Source: Deltaproteobacteria bacterium
GTDB lineage: Bacteria; Myxococcota_A; Polyangia; Fen-1088
Direction: 5' to 3'
NCBI GenBank assembly: GCA_033763315.1
Contig: JANRKS010000002.1
Span: 224,001-288,000 of the forward strand
DNA: 64,000 nucleotides
The position numbers were made by a program, and so were the translations under genes. Positions 26,513 through 37,161 of the stretch are shown here, piece by piece; the stretch's first letter is position 1, and each line of letters begins with the position of its first letter. The notes under the pieces are model-generated. The model saw nothing but the letters and a program-made list of their open reading frames with translations. It was not told the origin of the DNA and made no database searches.

Positions 26513-27727
26513 TTACCCAGCTTTGATGTTGCCGGCCATCTCGAACACCGGCATGTACATGGCCAAAACCAGGCCACCGATCACGGTTCCCAGCACCACC
26601 ATGATCATCGGTTCGAGCAAGCTGGTCATCGACCCCACCGCCACGTCCACCTCTTCCTCGTAAAAATCGGCGATCTTGTTCAACATGTTGTCGAGCGCGC
26701 CCGTTTGCTCACCAACCGAGATCATTTGCACGACCATCGGCGGCATCAAGCCCGTTTCCATGAGCGGCGTCGCCATGTCCTTACCCTCAGAGATCTTGGT
26801 GCGCGTGAACATCAGGCCTTCTTGCACGATCACGTTCCCCGCGGTCTTGCCCACGATTTCCATCGCTTCGAGAATCGGCACGCCTGAGGCCAGCAAGGTG
26901 CCCATCGTGCGGGTAAAACGCGCCACAACCACTTTGCGAATCACGCCGCCGATCACCGGCAGCTTCAGAACGATTTGATCGAAGGTGCGTCGCCCTCTGG
27001 GCGTGCTCAAGGCGTACCTCCAACCGATGAAGGCCGCGATGCCGCCCACAATCAGGTAGGGCAAGTTCGTGATCATCGCGTGTGAAATATCGATGACGAA
27101 CTGAGTGGGTGCGGGCAGCTTCCCACCACCAAACTCTTTAAACATCTTCTCGAAAACGGGAATGACCTGCGTAAGAAGAACCACAACAACGATGGCCGAA
27201 ATACCCAAAACAGCTATCGGGTAAGTCATGGCGCCTTTGACCCGGCGCTTGAGCTTGGTGGCTTTCTCCATGTACTGGGACAAGCGCTGCAAGATCGTAT
27301 CTAAGATACCGCCCACCTCACCCGCGGCGACCAGGTTGATGAACAATTGGTCGAAGATCTTGGGGTGCTTCTTGAGGGAATCGGACAGCGTCAAACCACC
27401 TTCCACGCCACCTTTGACTTGTGTCAGCACTTTGCCGAAAGCCTTGTTTTCGGCTTGGCTAGATAAAATGTCGAGGCACTGCACGATCGGCAAGCCAGCG
27501 TCGATCATGGTGGCGAACAAGCGCGTGAAAATGACGATGTCGGCCGTCTTCACCCCGGAGCCAAAGGAAAACGAAAACTGTTTCGCCTGCTTTTTGATGC
27601 TCACGGGCGTCAGCATTTGAAGCTTCAGCTTCTCTTGCACCGCCTCTTCGCTCTCGGCCTCGATGAGGCCCTTTTTGATCTCGCCGCTGCGTGCCCTGGC
27701 CTCGTATAAATATGCCGCGTTTGCCAT
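26513..27727 (-). CDS. pilC: Type IV pilus platform protein PilC
   Basis: FTRLFATMIDAGLP, AGEVGGILD, GEQTGALD. Confidence 0.95.
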   Translation of the reverse strand: MANAAYLYEARARSGEIKKGLIEAESEEAVQEKLKLQMLTPVSIKKQAKQFSFSFGSGVKTADIVIFTRLFATMIDAGLPIVQCLDILSSQAENKAFGKVLTQVKGGVEGGLTLSDSLKKHPKIFDQLFINLVAAGEVGGILDTILQRLSQYMEKATKLKRRVKGAMTYPIAVLGISAIVVVVLLTQVIPVFEKMFKEFGGGKLPAPTQFVIDISHAMITNLPYLIVGGIAAFIGWRYALSTPRGRRTFDQIVLKLPVIGGVIRKVVVARFTRTMGTLLASGVPILEAMEIVGKTAGNVIVQEGLMFTRTKISEGKDMATPLMETGLMPPMVVQMISVGEQTGALDNMLNKIADFYEEEVDVAVGSMTSLLEPMIMVVLGTVIGGLVLAMYMPVFEMAGNIKAG

Positions 27728-27733
27728 GATGCT

Positions 27734-28867
27734 TTACAGCCTCCCCATGGGTCTGCCGGACCCCGCTCCCGGCTGAATGCCGCCGTTGGCAATGATCTGT
27801 TCCAGCTCGCCCGGATCGGAGCTGTGGGTCACCGCCTCTTCGAGGGTGACCCTGCGCGTGAGATACAAGGTCGCCAGCGCTTGATTCAACGTCTGCATGC
27901 CCGTCTTGCCCTGGCCGATTTGCATTTGCGAGTAGAGCTGATGAATCTTGTCCTCGCGGATCAGATTTCGTATGGCCGCGTTCGGGATCATCACCTCCAC
28001 GGCCGGCACACGGCCGCGTCCCGTGGCGTGCGGCAGCAGCGATTGGCTGATCACACCTTCAAGCACGAACGAAAGCTGCGTGCGGATCTGCGATTGTTGG
28101 TTCGACGGAAACACGTCGATGATGCGGTTGATGGTTTGGATCGCACTGTTGGTATGCAACGTGGCGAACACCAAGTGTCCCGTTTCGGCCGTGGTCAGGG
28201 CCGCTTCAATCGTCTCAAGATCGCGCAACTCACCCACCAGCACCACGTCTGGGTCTTGACGCAGAATATATTTCAAAGCGGCTTTGAAACTACGTGTGTC
28301 GCCGCCGATCTCGCGCTGATTCACGAGGCAACTTTTGTGTGAGTGCAGATACTCAATCGGATCTTCGATCGTCATGATGTGCTCATGGCGCTCGGTGTTG
28401 ATCTTATCGATCATGGCTGCCAGCGTAGTTGACTTCCCGGAACCCGTGGGGCCCGTCACCAGCACCATGCCTCGTGGTTTCTGGCACAACTCTTCCACCA
28501 CGCTCGGCAAGCCAAGCTCGGCGCACGTCATAATCTTGAACGGAATTGTGCGGAAGGCCGCGCCCACCGCCCCACGCTGCATGAACAAGTTGGCGCGAAA
28601 GCGAGCCACGTTGCGCACGCCAAACGAGAAATCCAATTCCTGTTCTTCTTCAAAACGCAGCTTCTGGGCGTCTGTGAGCACCGAATACGCGAGCTGCTTG
28701 CTTTCAACGGGGCCAAGCGGTGGCAAGCGTAAGGGAACCAGCGCTCCATCGATGCGCAGCTGCGGCGGCGTCCCGGTGGAAAGGTGCAAATCCGATGCAC
28801 CTTGTTCCACCATGGCTTTGAGCAGCTGTTGGAGGTTGACTTGTAGGGGAGGGGCGTTGGCTGCCAT
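27734..28867 (-). CDS. pilT: Pilus retraction ATPase PilT
   Basis: GASDLHL, GPTGSGKST, LRQDPD, AETGHLV, AIRNLIRE. Confidence 0.96.
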   Translation of the reverse strand: MAANAPPLQVNLQQLLKAMVEQGASDLHLSTGTPPQLRIDGALVPLRLPPLGPVESKQLAYSVLTDAQKLRFEEEQELDFSFGVRNVARFRANLFMQRGAVGAAFRTIPFKIMTCAELGLPSVVEELCQKPRGMVLVTGPTGSGKSTTLAAMIDKINTERHEHIMTIEDPIEYLHSHKSCLVNQREIGGDTRSFKAALKYILRQDPDVVLVGELRDLETIEAALTTAETGHLVFATLHTNSAIQTINRIIDVFPSNQQSQIRTQLSFVLEGVISQSLLPHATGRGRVPAVEVMIPNAAIRNLIREDKIHQLYSQMQIGQGKTGMQTLNQALATLYLTRRVTLEEAVTHSSDPGELEQIIANGGIQPGAGSGRPMGRL

Positions 28868-28878
28868 CGGTTGGATTC

Positions 28879-30588
28879 CTAATCGCCTGCGGTGACGCGA
28901 ACCACTTCGTCCAAGGTCGTGAGACCCTTCGCGACTTTTAACAGCGCAGACATGCGCAACGTCTTCATGCCAAGGCGCACCGCTTCCGCCTTGAGTTCAG
29001 CCGCGGAAGAGCCTTGAAGCACCAGCTCTTTGATGGGCTCTTTGACCGATAGAATCTCATACACAGCCAAACGGCCTTTGTAGCCCGAGCCACCGCACAC
29101 TTTGCAGCCTTGGCCTTTGCCGGCGAAACACGTGGCGGTGTCGATCAATTCATCCCAGCCGCCGAGGGCTTTGAAACGATCTTTGGGCGTGGGTACGGGC
29201 TCTTTGCAGTCCGCACAAGCTTTGCGAACCAAGCGTTGCGCCTCCACCAAGTTCAAAGACGCCGTTACCAAGAACGGCTCGATGCCCATGTTCAAAAGAC
29301 GCGTGACAGTCGAAGTGGCGTCGTTGGTGTGCAAAGTGGAAAGCACGCGGTGACCGGTCAGCGCCGCCTTCACCGCGATTTCAGCGGTCTCGAAATCACG
29401 AATTTCGCCGATCATGATCGTGTCTGGATCCTGGCGCAAAAACGAGCGCAGGGCGGCGGCGAAGTTGAGGCCGATCGATTCTTGCATCTGCACTTGGTTG
29501 ATGCCGGGCAAGTTGAACTCAACCGGGTCTTCAGCCGTGCTGATGTTCTCGTCGGGGCTGTTCAACTCTTGTAGCGCAGAATAAAGCGTGGTGGTTTTAC
29601 CGGAGCCCGTGGGGCCCGTAACCAGCATCATGCCGTACGGCAGTTTGATCGCGTCTTTGAACTCTTTTAGCTGGTCTGTTTCGAAACCAAGCTTCGTCAT
29701 GTCCAGCTGCAAGTTGCCCTTGTCGAGCAAACGCATAACGATTTTCTCGCCGAACAGCGTGGGCAGCACGGACACACGAAAATCCATCTCTTTGCCGCCC
29801 GCGATCTTAAGCTTGATACGGCCGTCCTGGGGCAGACGGCGCTCGGCGATGTCGAGGCGTGACATGATCTTCACACGTGACGACAAGGCGGCTTTCAAGC
29901 CCAGCGGGATCTGCATCACCTCACGCAACACGCCGTCTGTACGCAACCTGACGCGGTAGCTTTTCTCGTACGGCTCGATGTGAATGTCGGACGACTTGAG
30001 CTCAATCGCTTGCATCAAGATGTGGTTCGTCAACCGGATGACCGGCGCGTCCTCCGACATCTTTTCAAGGTCCACCGCCTTGATGTCGTCTTCCTTGTCG
30101 CTTTCGACTTGGATCGAAGCTTCGATCTCCGACATCAACGATTCGATTTCGACGCTGTACTGCTTCTTTTGCTCGTAGTACTTCGTGATCGCTTCGTCGA
30201 TGGCCACGTCCGAGGCCACAACAACTTCGATGTTGTAGCCCGTGAGGAACTTGAGGTCGTCGATCGCCAGAATGTTGGCAGGGTCGGCCATCGCCACGAT
30301 AAGCGCTTGGCCCGAACGGTTCACGGGAATCACGCGGTGCCGGGTGACCACGTCCTTCGGAATAAGGGCAATGATCGACGGCTCAACATCGAACTCCGTC
30401 AGGTTGATCGCCGGCACCCCGTACTGACGGGATAGAAAATGCGTTAGATCCTCTTCTTGGATCGCGCCCAGCTTCACCAAGCTGTGCCCGATGCGCTCGC
30501 CAGATTTGCGGCTTTCTTCCTGTGCCAGTTCCAACTGCTCGGCCGAGATCAGTTGGTCACGCAACAATAATTCACCTAATCGGCTCAT
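28879..30588 (-). CDS. pilB: Pilus assembly ATPase PilB
   Basis: SRLGELL N-terminus, ERRLPQDGR, GPTGSGKT, Zn Cys motifs. Confidence 0.96.
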   Translation of the reverse strand: MSRLGELLLRDQLISAEQLELAQEESRKSGERIGHSLVKLGAIQEEDLTHFLSRQYGVPAINLTEFDVEPSIIALIPKDVVTRHRVIPVNRSGQALIVAMADPANILAIDDLKFLTGYNIEVVVASDVAIDEAITKYYEQKKQYSVEIESLMSEIEASIQVESDKEDDIKAVDLEKMSEDAPVIRLTNHILMQAIELKSSDIHIEPYEKSYRVRLRTDGVLREVMQIPLGLKAALSSRVKIMSRLDIAERRLPQDGRIKLKIAGGKEMDFRVSVLPTLFGEKIVMRLLDKGNLQLDMTKLGFETDQLKEFKDAIKLPYGMMLVTGPTGSGKTTTLYSALQELNSPDENISTAEDPVEFNLPGINQVQMQESIGLNFAAALRSFLRQDPDTIMIGEIRDFETAEIAVKAALTGHRVLSTLHTNDATSTVTRLLNMGIEPFLVTASLNLVEAQRLVRKACADCKEPVPTPKDRFKALGGWDELIDTATCFAGKGQGCKVCGGSGYKGRLAVYEILSVKEPIKELVLQGSSAAELKAEAVRLGMKTLRMSALLKVAKGLTTLDEVVRVTAGD

Positions 30589-30744
30589 GAACCCCCCAAA
30601 GCCGGTCGTCAGAAGTACGACGACCCTTTAGCCCTGTGCTGTTCGAGGGTTAGGGCAGCCGCCCTGCCGAAAGGGCAGCCACAGCCACGTCGAGCGGGCG
30701 TGGCTACGGCGCGGTGCGCGTGAGTTCGGAAGCGGGCGGGGGGA

Positions 30745-31110
30745 TCAAGAGCTGAGCCAGGCCCCGAACGCCACGGAGGCCAGCACCAACGACACGAGTT
30801 GCCACGTCGTTACCGTTCGCCTCCGGTTCGCGTGCGCGCGGAGTTGAGGCCACAAATGCGGGGGGAACAGCGGCTTTTTGTGCGCCGCCGCCAACGCCGC
30901 CATGCCCGTGGGGGCGGCCACCACCAACGCGTGCGGAGCGGGCGACCCGCGGGTGGGCAAATCCATCGTGGTGCTTTCCAAGATTTGCGCGTCGGCGGTT
31001 GGGTTTGTGCGGTCCTCGGGCGGACCCACCAACTTTTGATCGTCTTGATCGTCGAAGGGAACTGAGGCAATCACGGTCCGGTCTTCGGTGTCCATCACAG
31101 CGGCGCCCAT
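30745..31110 (-). CDS. Hypothetical protein with a C-terminal TM helix
   Basis: Low-complexity N-terminus, WQLVSLVLASVAFGAWLS tail. Confidence 0.5.
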   Translation of the reverse strand: MGAAVMDTEDRTVIASVPFDDQDDQKLVGPPEDRTNPTADAQILESTTMDLPTRGSPAPHALVVAAPTGMAALAAAHKKPLFPPHLWPQLRAHANRRRTVTTWQLVSLVLASVAFGAWLSS

Positions 31111-31195
31111 ATTAGCCCTAACCATCTCGCTTTCTCCACGCGTTTTTACCAGGTGTTTGACAGGGACCACGTGGCTCCCTATATCGTGAAGCCCC

Positions 31196-32500
31196 GTGAA
31201 ACGCCCCCCACCCGGTCCTCCGCAGCAACGCTTCCCCGCCGTTCGACGCCCCATGCGCGACGGGGCGCCTCCCCAAGCCCGCGCCCGCGGTGTGAAAGTG
31301 CGTGAAGGCCAATACCGTCTGAACGATGACGTGGCCCGACGGGTCGAACTGGGCCACCCATGGATCTTCCGTGAGGCGGTGGGCCGGCCTGTGACCGAGC
31401 CGACGGGGGCGGTGGTGGAGGTCATCGCTGGAAACCGCGAATTCTTAGGCCGCGGTTTCGTCGATCAAGACCATCCCGTTGCGATCCGCATGTTGAGTCG
31501 ATCGCCCGGCGAAGCTGTGCAGCCTGGCGCCGGTACGATCGCGAGACGGTTCAAAGACGCCGTACAGGCGCGCTGGATGCTGTTCGGGGCCAACAAGCCC
31601 CAAGCGATGCGCCTGTTCACAGGTGACAGCGAAGGTTTGCCGGGCGTCACAGTGGATCGTTATGGCGATTTTGTTCTGGTGCAGTGGCTATCGGCCGGTG
31701 TGCTGCCCTGGCGCGATGAACTGCTCGACGCCATCGAAAGCAGCGTCAGGCCGCGCGGCATTTATGAGCAACGCCGGTTGCGGCCGCTTGGCGGTCAAGC
31801 GGCGCCTGAAGCCGCCGTCCGTGCGCGCGGCGAAGAAGCCCCGCTTGAGATCGTGATTGAAGAATCAGGTGCCAAGATCGCCGTGGATGTGACCGCACCG
31901 TTGGGCGTGGGAATGTTCCCCGACCTGCGTTTGGGGCGAGACGCCGTGGCCGCACGCGCGCAAGGCCGCCGCGTGGCGAACTTGTTTTCCTACACGGGCG
32001 CCTTTTCGGTTCGAGCGGCGCTGGCCGGCGCCACCGAAGTTGTGGCTGTGGACACGGCCGCTCGGGTTCATGCGCGCGCCCGTCGCAATTACGAATTAAG
32101 CGGCCTTGATCCCGCGAAAATGGAACAAGTGACGGGCGACGCACAAAAGACGCTCGAAAAGTTCGCGGACCGCGGCCGCCGCTTTGATCTTGTCGTGTGC
32201 GATCCGCCAACCTTCTCACACGGCAACGCGCCGTCTGAAAGCTTCTCTGTCACGCGTGACATGGTGCAGGTGATTGCCGCGTCCCTGCGGGTGCTGGATC
32301 CCGGTGGCATTCTCGCGTTGTGCACGAACTCGGTAAAGATGACGCCCGCAGATCTGGATCGCGCGCTCGCCGAGGCCGGCGCCGTGGCCAACACCACGGT
32401 TCGCATCATTGAGCGGGTGGGGTTGCCCCCCGATCACATGGTGGCGCCGGGCTTTCCGGAAGGGAATTACCTTAAATTCTTGATGGCGCTCCGGCTCTGA
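31196..32500 (+). CDS. RlmI/RlmK-like SAM-dependent rRNA methyltransferase
   Basis: GHPWIF PUA domain, EGLPGVTVDRYG, NLFSYTGAFS, DPPTF. Confidence 0.88.
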   Translation: MKRPPPGPPQQRFPAVRRPMRDGAPPQARARGVKVREGQYRLNDDVARRVELGHPWIFREAVGRPVTEPTGAVVEVIAGNREFLGRGFVDQDHPVAIRMLSRSPGEAVQPGAGTIARRFKDAVQARWMLFGANKPQAMRLFTGDSEGLPGVTVDRYGDFVLVQWLSAGVLPWRDELLDAIESSVRPRGIYEQRRLRPLGGQAAPEAAVRARGEEAPLEIVIEESGAKIAVDVTAPLGVGMFPDLRLGRDAVAARAQGRRVANLFSYTGAFSVRAALAGATEVVAVDTAARVHARARRNYELSGLDPAKMEQVTGDAQKTLEKFADRGRRFDLVVCDPPTFSHGNAPSESFSVTRDMVQVIAASLRVLDPGGILALCTNSVKMTPADLDRALAEAGAVANTTVRIIERVGLPPDHMVAPGFPEGNYLKFLMALRL

Positions 32501-32545
32501 GCCGCGACCGCGGACTGAAGGCGGGCGCATCGGCGAGCGCCAAAC

Positions 32546-32584
32546 AAAAAAGCCAGACCGCCGTGAAGCGGTTCTGGCTTTTTT
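32546..32584. terminator. Bidirectional intrinsic terminator
   Basis: AAAAAAGCCAGACCGC-CGTGAA-GCGGTTCTGGCTTTTTT between convergent genes. Confidence 0.85.
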
Positions 32585-32603
32585 CTTGCGCCAAGCGGCG
32601 GGT

Positions 32604-32858
32604 TTAGCTGCGCGGTGGCTTCATGCCCCGGCGCTTCACCTCTTCCAGGAACTGGAACACGGTTGAATCGACGGACTCATTGAACGCCACCCAGCCCTTG
32701 GCGACTTCGCGCAAAGCCGTGACGGCCGGCTTGTTGTCGCAATCGACCAGCGAGGATGCGCCGCTTGCCAGTTGGCGGGCGCGCTCGGCGGCAAGGATGA
32801 CCAAAGCAAAGCGGTTGGGAACCTTCTCCAAGCAGTCTTCTACGGTAACGCGAGCCAA
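32604..32858 (-). CDS. rpoZ: RNA polymerase omega subunit
   Basis: [30 protein letters not shown]...[11 protein letters not shown]; TTG start with GGAGG SD. Confidence 0.93.
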   Translation of the reverse strand: MARVTVEDCLEKVPNRFALVILAAERARQLASGASSLVDCDNKPAVTALREVAKGWVAFNESVDSTVFQFLEEVKRRGMKPPRS

Positions 32859-33110
32859 GGCATCCTCCAGCAACGAGCGGCAAAAACGAAAACCATGCGG
32901 ATTCGAAAGCGATCACGCAGGTCAACGCACTCTAAGGAACCACACGGGAATGTCAAGGTGGCCGCAAGATTCTGCCGCCCAACGTCAATGCGGCGTTGCA
33001 AACGCGTCCCCGCGACCTTACGCTGACAGGTGGCGGCTCCATAACCGCCACTCTTAATAACATTTCTTGGCCGTTCTCTCGGGAGGAGCGCGGCTCAGGA
33101 GTAGAACAAA

Positions 33111-33791
33111 ATGGCCATTACAGTTAATTGGAGCGATCTAGAGATCGCGTTCGAGCGCAATTCCCCTGACCAGGAGAGTTTCCTCGATCTAGAAACCGGT
33201 GATTTGCTTTCCATCACGGAAGGCGAACCTGATGCGGCGGCCCGACGGGCCAAGGTGGCGGGGAACGCTGAGCGATTCATGCGGGTCGACCCAGCCTCGT
33301 CGCGGGAACAATACCGCTGGATGGAGCGCTTCGTGGGCTCGGTGGCTGACGAGCCTTTGCGCGATCGCCTATTGGTAGCGATCGATGGCAAGGGCGCGTT
33401 CCGCCGGTTCAAAGACGTTCTGCTGGCGTTCCCAGCCGAACGCGAACGCTGGTTTTCTTACCGCTCGGACCTGCTGCATTTTCATATGCAGACATGGGTC
33501 GAGCACATGAAGATCACCACCGCCAATCCACCGCCTTGGGGGGCGGTTGAGGCGCCAGCCGAGCCAACCACCGTGCAAAAAACGGCTTCGTCGGGCGAAG
33601 CCCCCGGGGAAATATTGCGCCGCCAAGCGCGCGATCTGCTCGACGAGATCCCAGCCGCCGAATTGCCGTCGGCCTTGGCCTTCCTCGAATTTCTGCGCGA
33701 CCGCGGCGCCACGTTGCTGTTGGCCGGGGGCCGAGCGCCTGACGCCAACGATCAGCTCAACGCAAAGCCCGGCGCGATGGCGATGCCTTAG
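33111..33791 (+). CDS. UPF0158-family protein
   Basis: FLDLETGD, YRWMERFV, AIDGKGAFRRFKDVL, ERWF. Confidence 0.85.
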   Translation: MAITVNWSDLEIAFERNSPDQESFLDLETGDLLSITEGEPDAAARRAKVAGNAERFMRVDPASSREQYRWMERFVGSVADEPLRDRLLVAIDGKGAFRRFKDVLLAFPAERERWFSYRSDLLHFHMQTWVEHMKITTANPPPWGAVEAPAEPTTVQKTASSGEAPGEILRRQARDLLDEIPAAELPSALAFLEFLRDRGATLLLAGGRAPDANDQLNAKPGAMAMP

Positions 33792-34687
33792 GGCTGCACT
33801 TTGCGGCGGTGAGCTGCCAGGTCTATGGGTGCCTCCTGCACCGGATCGTCCGTCTCGGGCGGCACCCAAATCCATCCGTCAGAGGCCGGCAGATCGGAGA
33901 GATCGTCGGGGCGCTGCCAGCCATCCCGTGCCCATAGGAATGCGGTTAGGGCGCACACCACGGCATCGAAACTGTGGTCGCTCTGCACGCACTCTTCGCG
34001 CCACACACCCGGCGCAAAGCTCAAGTCATCTGCAAGTGCCGCCAGGATCGCGACGCGCGTTTCGCGCTCACGGATGTGCCGCTTGTACGGCTTGGGCAAC
34101 TTGAGCAGCGCAACCGTCGCCTTGGGATGTACCTCGATCAGGTTTTCGCCAACCACGTGCGTCTGGGCCAAGGCGCGTGCCAGGTGGCTTGCCCGTGCAG
34201 CCAAGGGCCCGATGCCTTGCGTGGGTGTCTCATGCGCCAACAGTTGACGTCGTCGGGTTAAATACACCTCAGTGGCTCGTTGCGTGTATGGCGTAAGCAT
34301 TGGTTTTCCACGGCGGTAATCGCGATGATCGCTGGCGGCGCCTTGGCTCAAACGCCGCATCACCACCACCGATGGATCCACACACTGATCTTGGCCTGGG
34401 CACACGCGCTCTTGGCAACGCAGGCAGGCGGGCAGACTCAGCGGCGCGTCCAGCGCGACCACGCTTGGCTCGTGTGCGTAGGTCTGAATTAGGCTGACGA
34501 GGGCGTCGTCGTAAAGTGGCTTTTCGCCCAGCCGTGGCGCGAGTTTTTCTACGATGGCACCACGCCCATTGTTGCGTAGCACGGCCACCGCTGTTTTCTT
34601 GCCTTTGCCGCCGCCAAGGTCGACGCCGATGTACCGTGCAAATGTCCGCGGGCTCACTGCTGATACTTTACCACCCGTTGACACCAC
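33788..34687 (-). CDS. DUF429 / RNase H-fold nuclease-like protein
   Basis: YIGVDLGG, VALDAPL, IEVHPKA, DAVVCALTA. Confidence 0.8.
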   Translation of the reverse strand: MVSTGGKVSAVSPRTFARYIGVDLGGGKGKKTAVAVLRNNGRGAIVEKLAPRLGEKPLYDDALVSLIQTYAHEPSVVALDAPLSLPACLRCQERVCPGQDQCVDPSVVVMRRLSQGAASDHRDYRRGKPMLTPYTQRATEVYLTRRRQLLAHETPTQGIGPLAARASHLARALAQTHVVGENLIEVHPKATVALLKLPKPYKRHIRERETRVAILAALADDLSFAPGVWREECVQSDHSFDAVVCALTAFLWARDGWQRPDDLSDLPASDGWIWVPPETDDPVQEAPIDLAAHRRKVQP

Positions 34688-34758
34688 GGCCTATTGAGTC
34701 AGGATAGGGGAAGGACACCATCGCCTGGACCGGGCTCGGCCGGGACGAAAGGAACTGC

Positions 34759-35157
34759 ATGAAAAGGTCAGTTTTTAAGTCAAAGTTGCACCGGGTGCGC
34801 GTCACCGACGCCAACCTCGCCTACGAAGGGTCAGTTACGATCGATGCGGACCTGATGACAGCCGCTGACATCCTGCCCTACGAACACGTTCACGTTTGGA
34901 ACGCCACGAACGGCAGCCGGCTTGAAACGTATGCCATTCCAGGGCCCGCGGGCTCGGGCGTGATTTGCATCAATGGCGCCGCTGCACGCTTGGCCCAACC
35001 AGGGGACGTCGCCATCATCGCGACCTTCGCAGACGTGGACGACGAGGAAGCGCGTCGATGGAAACCCACCGTGGTGCTCGTGGATCACAACAACAAAATC
35101 GTCGTGGCCGATCACACCGAACGGCCTGGCCCGCAGCAACCATTCTCGATCGCCTAA
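34759..35157 (+). CDS. panD: Aspartate 1-decarboxylase
   Basis: [10 protein letters not shown]...[25 protein letters not shown]. Confidence 0.96.
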   Translation: MKRSVFKSKLHRVRVTDANLAYEGSVTIDADLMTAADILPYEHVHVWNATNGSRLETYAIPGPAGSGVICINGAAARLAQPGDVAIIATFADVDDEEARRWKPTVVLVDHNNKIVVADHTERPGPQQPFSIA

Positions 35158-35159
35158 CA

Positions 35160-35477
35160 ATGCCTCCGAGCCGCGTCGATATGCTCAAGGGCTTCATTGC
35201 CCAAAAGCCTCACGATCCATTCCCTCGCTACGCTTTGGCGCAGGAGCTGAAGAACACCGGTGATCTGGCCGGCGCATGGCAGGAGTTCTCGGCGCTGCTC
35301 GACCTGCACAAGGATTACGTGCCTGCTTACTTTCACGGCGGCGGTGTGTTGGTTGCGCTTGGGCGCAAGGCCGAAGCCCGCACGGTGTTCGAATCAGGAA
35401 TCAGCTTGTGCGATCGAGTGGGTGACACCAAGACGCGCGCCGAATTGGCCGGCGCGCTCGCGGAAATCACGCCTTAA
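35160..35477 (+). CDS. TPR protein
   Basis: PHDPFPRYALAQE...DYVPAYFHGG. Confidence 0.8.
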   Translation: MPPSRVDMLKGFIAQKPHDPFPRYALAQELKNTGDLAGAWQEFSALLDLHKDYVPAYFHGGGVLVALGRKAEARTVFESGISLCDRVGDTKTRAELAGALAEITP

Positions 35478-35989
35478 AGGCCGGCGTCGGCACCGGCATC
35501 CACGGCGGTGTTCGCATCGCCCGTGCTGGCGTCGGCGCCAGGCTTGACCCCACCGTCTTCCTTTGGCACCACCGATACGGCCACAACCGCCGTTTGCGTG
35601 GTTGTGTTCGGAACGATGGCCACAGGTGAAGAGCTGCCAACGGCGATGGGCTCGCGATTCAAGTCCAGCATCTTTACGGTGAACACAAGTTTGCCCCGCG
35701 ACGCGCTCGTGGAAAAATCAACAACGCCCAAGCTGTAAGGCACCCCGTTCAAGGTGCACGGCAGCGTCTGCTGGTCGTTGTCATCGCCGGTCACGAATAA
35801 ACCGCATGATGCGATCTTGCGGCGCAAATCGTCGTCCACCGAGTTCGGATCGATGTCCACCTTCACGTTGAAATACGCAAACTCCGTGTCCTCCGTACAC
35901 CCAGGCAGGAATGCCCCGCCGGTCACACCGGCTGCCATGGCAAGTAGGCGCAGAAAGGGTGCCACCTTCATCGTCAAATTCGCTTTCAT
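35474..35989 (-). CDS. Hypothetical lipoprotein
   Basis: LPGC lipobox; DGG/DAG-rich tail. Confidence 0.7.
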   Translation of the reverse strand: MKANLTMKVAPFLRLLAMAAGVTGGAFLPGCTEDTEFAYFNVKVDIDPNSVDDDLRRKIASCGLFVTGDDNDQQTLPCTLNGVPYSLGVVDFSTSASRGKLVFTVKMLDLNREPIAVGSSSPVAIVPNTTTQTAVVAVSVVPKEDGGVKPGADASTGDANTAVDAGADAGL

Positions 35990-35993
35990 TTTC

Positions 35994-36428
35994 TTAATTC
36001 CGTCCGTCGCCGAAGCAGGCGATTACGCCTGGCTGGCAAATGCGTGCCGGGGTGTCGCCCGGCTGTGCCGCCCAAACTCCCAGCGCCACGGTCGAAGCCA
36101 CGATGCCCGCTGTCAGTGCCCAAAACCACCAAGTCTTGAACACTGATTTCTCTTCGTCCTCCACCAGGGGTGCCTTCGCCTTGGTTTCCTCAGCGTCGGC
36201 CACAGGGGCAGGGGCCGCCTCGCCGCCTTGCAGACCTGCCGGGGTTTCGTTGTCCAACGGCTGCGCGGGGGCCGCCGGGGTGCCGGCGCCGCTGGCAGGA
36301 TCGTCAACGGCCAACAGCATTTGGTACGTCAAAGACGAAGTCTTGGCCTCAACGGTTCGCGAGCAAACGAGCAACGTTGCTGCCAATCCCACGGCGCTCA
36401 GAAAACCCTTGAGTCTCATACACTTCAT
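35994..36428 (-). CDS. Hypothetical secreted/membrane protein
   Basis: Signal peptide, Pro/Ala linker, KTWWFWAL TM segment. Confidence 0.65.
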   Translation of the reverse strand: MKCMRLKGFLSAVGLAATLLVCSRTVEAKTSSLTYQMLLAVDDPASGAGTPAAPAQPLDNETPAGLQGGEAAPAPVADAEETKAKAPLVEDEEKSVFKTWWFWALTAGIVASTVALGVWAAQPGDTPARICQPGVIACFGDGRN

Positions 36429-36640
36429 ATCGCCCGACTATAAGGCTGCTTGCCGCATTTGACCAGAACTCTACCGGTCACCGGGCCCTGCAGGTGCACC
36501 GCGGCGCCATGCAGCATCGCTTTTGGTTACGTACTCGACCCCAAGCATCTCAAGGAACGCCCGCAGCGACCCGATGAAGGTGGGACGCAACGTTCGCGGA
36601 CCTGCGCCGGATCGGTTGCGCTGAACCACAAGGAGCGGGC

Positions 36641-37138
36641 ATGTCGATGATGGCTGATGGGCGAAGCAACGCCGCCGATGGCAGTGAGCAACTGTTAACG
36701 TTCATTCTCAACGGCGAGGAGTACGGGGTGGACATCTTGTGTGTGCAAGAGATTCGTGGGTGGTCGACGCCGATGCCCATCCCAAACACACCCTCCTATA
36801 TCAAGGGCGTGATCAACATCAGGGGAGATGTGGTGCCGATTTCCGACCTGCGTGAGCGGCTTGGTTTGCCTCGGCAAGAATATGGACCCACAACGGTGGT
36901 TGTGGTGTTGCGGGTGCAATCGACCAGCGGCGAACGCGTGATGGGTGTTGTGGTGGATGCCATGTCTGACGTGACGAACGTGCCCGCAAATTCCATCAAG
37001 GCTCCGCCCACCTTCGATGATTCCGGTGACACCGGACTGACGAAGGGCATTGCCACGCTTGATTCAAAGATGATCGCGATTCTGGATGTCAGGCGCATCT
37101 TTGGCACCGCCCTGGCTGGCGCAAAAGCGGCGGCGTAA
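36641..37138 (+). CDS. cheW: Chemotaxis adaptor CheW
   Basis: LTFILNGEEYGVDILCVQEIRGW, GVINIRG, GVVVDAMSDV. Confidence 0.93.
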   Translation: MSMMADGRSNAADGSEQLLTFILNGEEYGVDILCVQEIRGWSTPMPIPNTPSYIKGVINIRGDVVPISDLRERLGLPRQEYGPTTVVVVLRVQSTSGERVMGVVVDAMSDVTNVPANSIKAPPTFDDSGDTGLTKGIATLDSKMIAILDVRRIFGTALAGAKAAA

Positions 37139-37161
37139 CAGGTTCGCGAGATCGCGGCCTG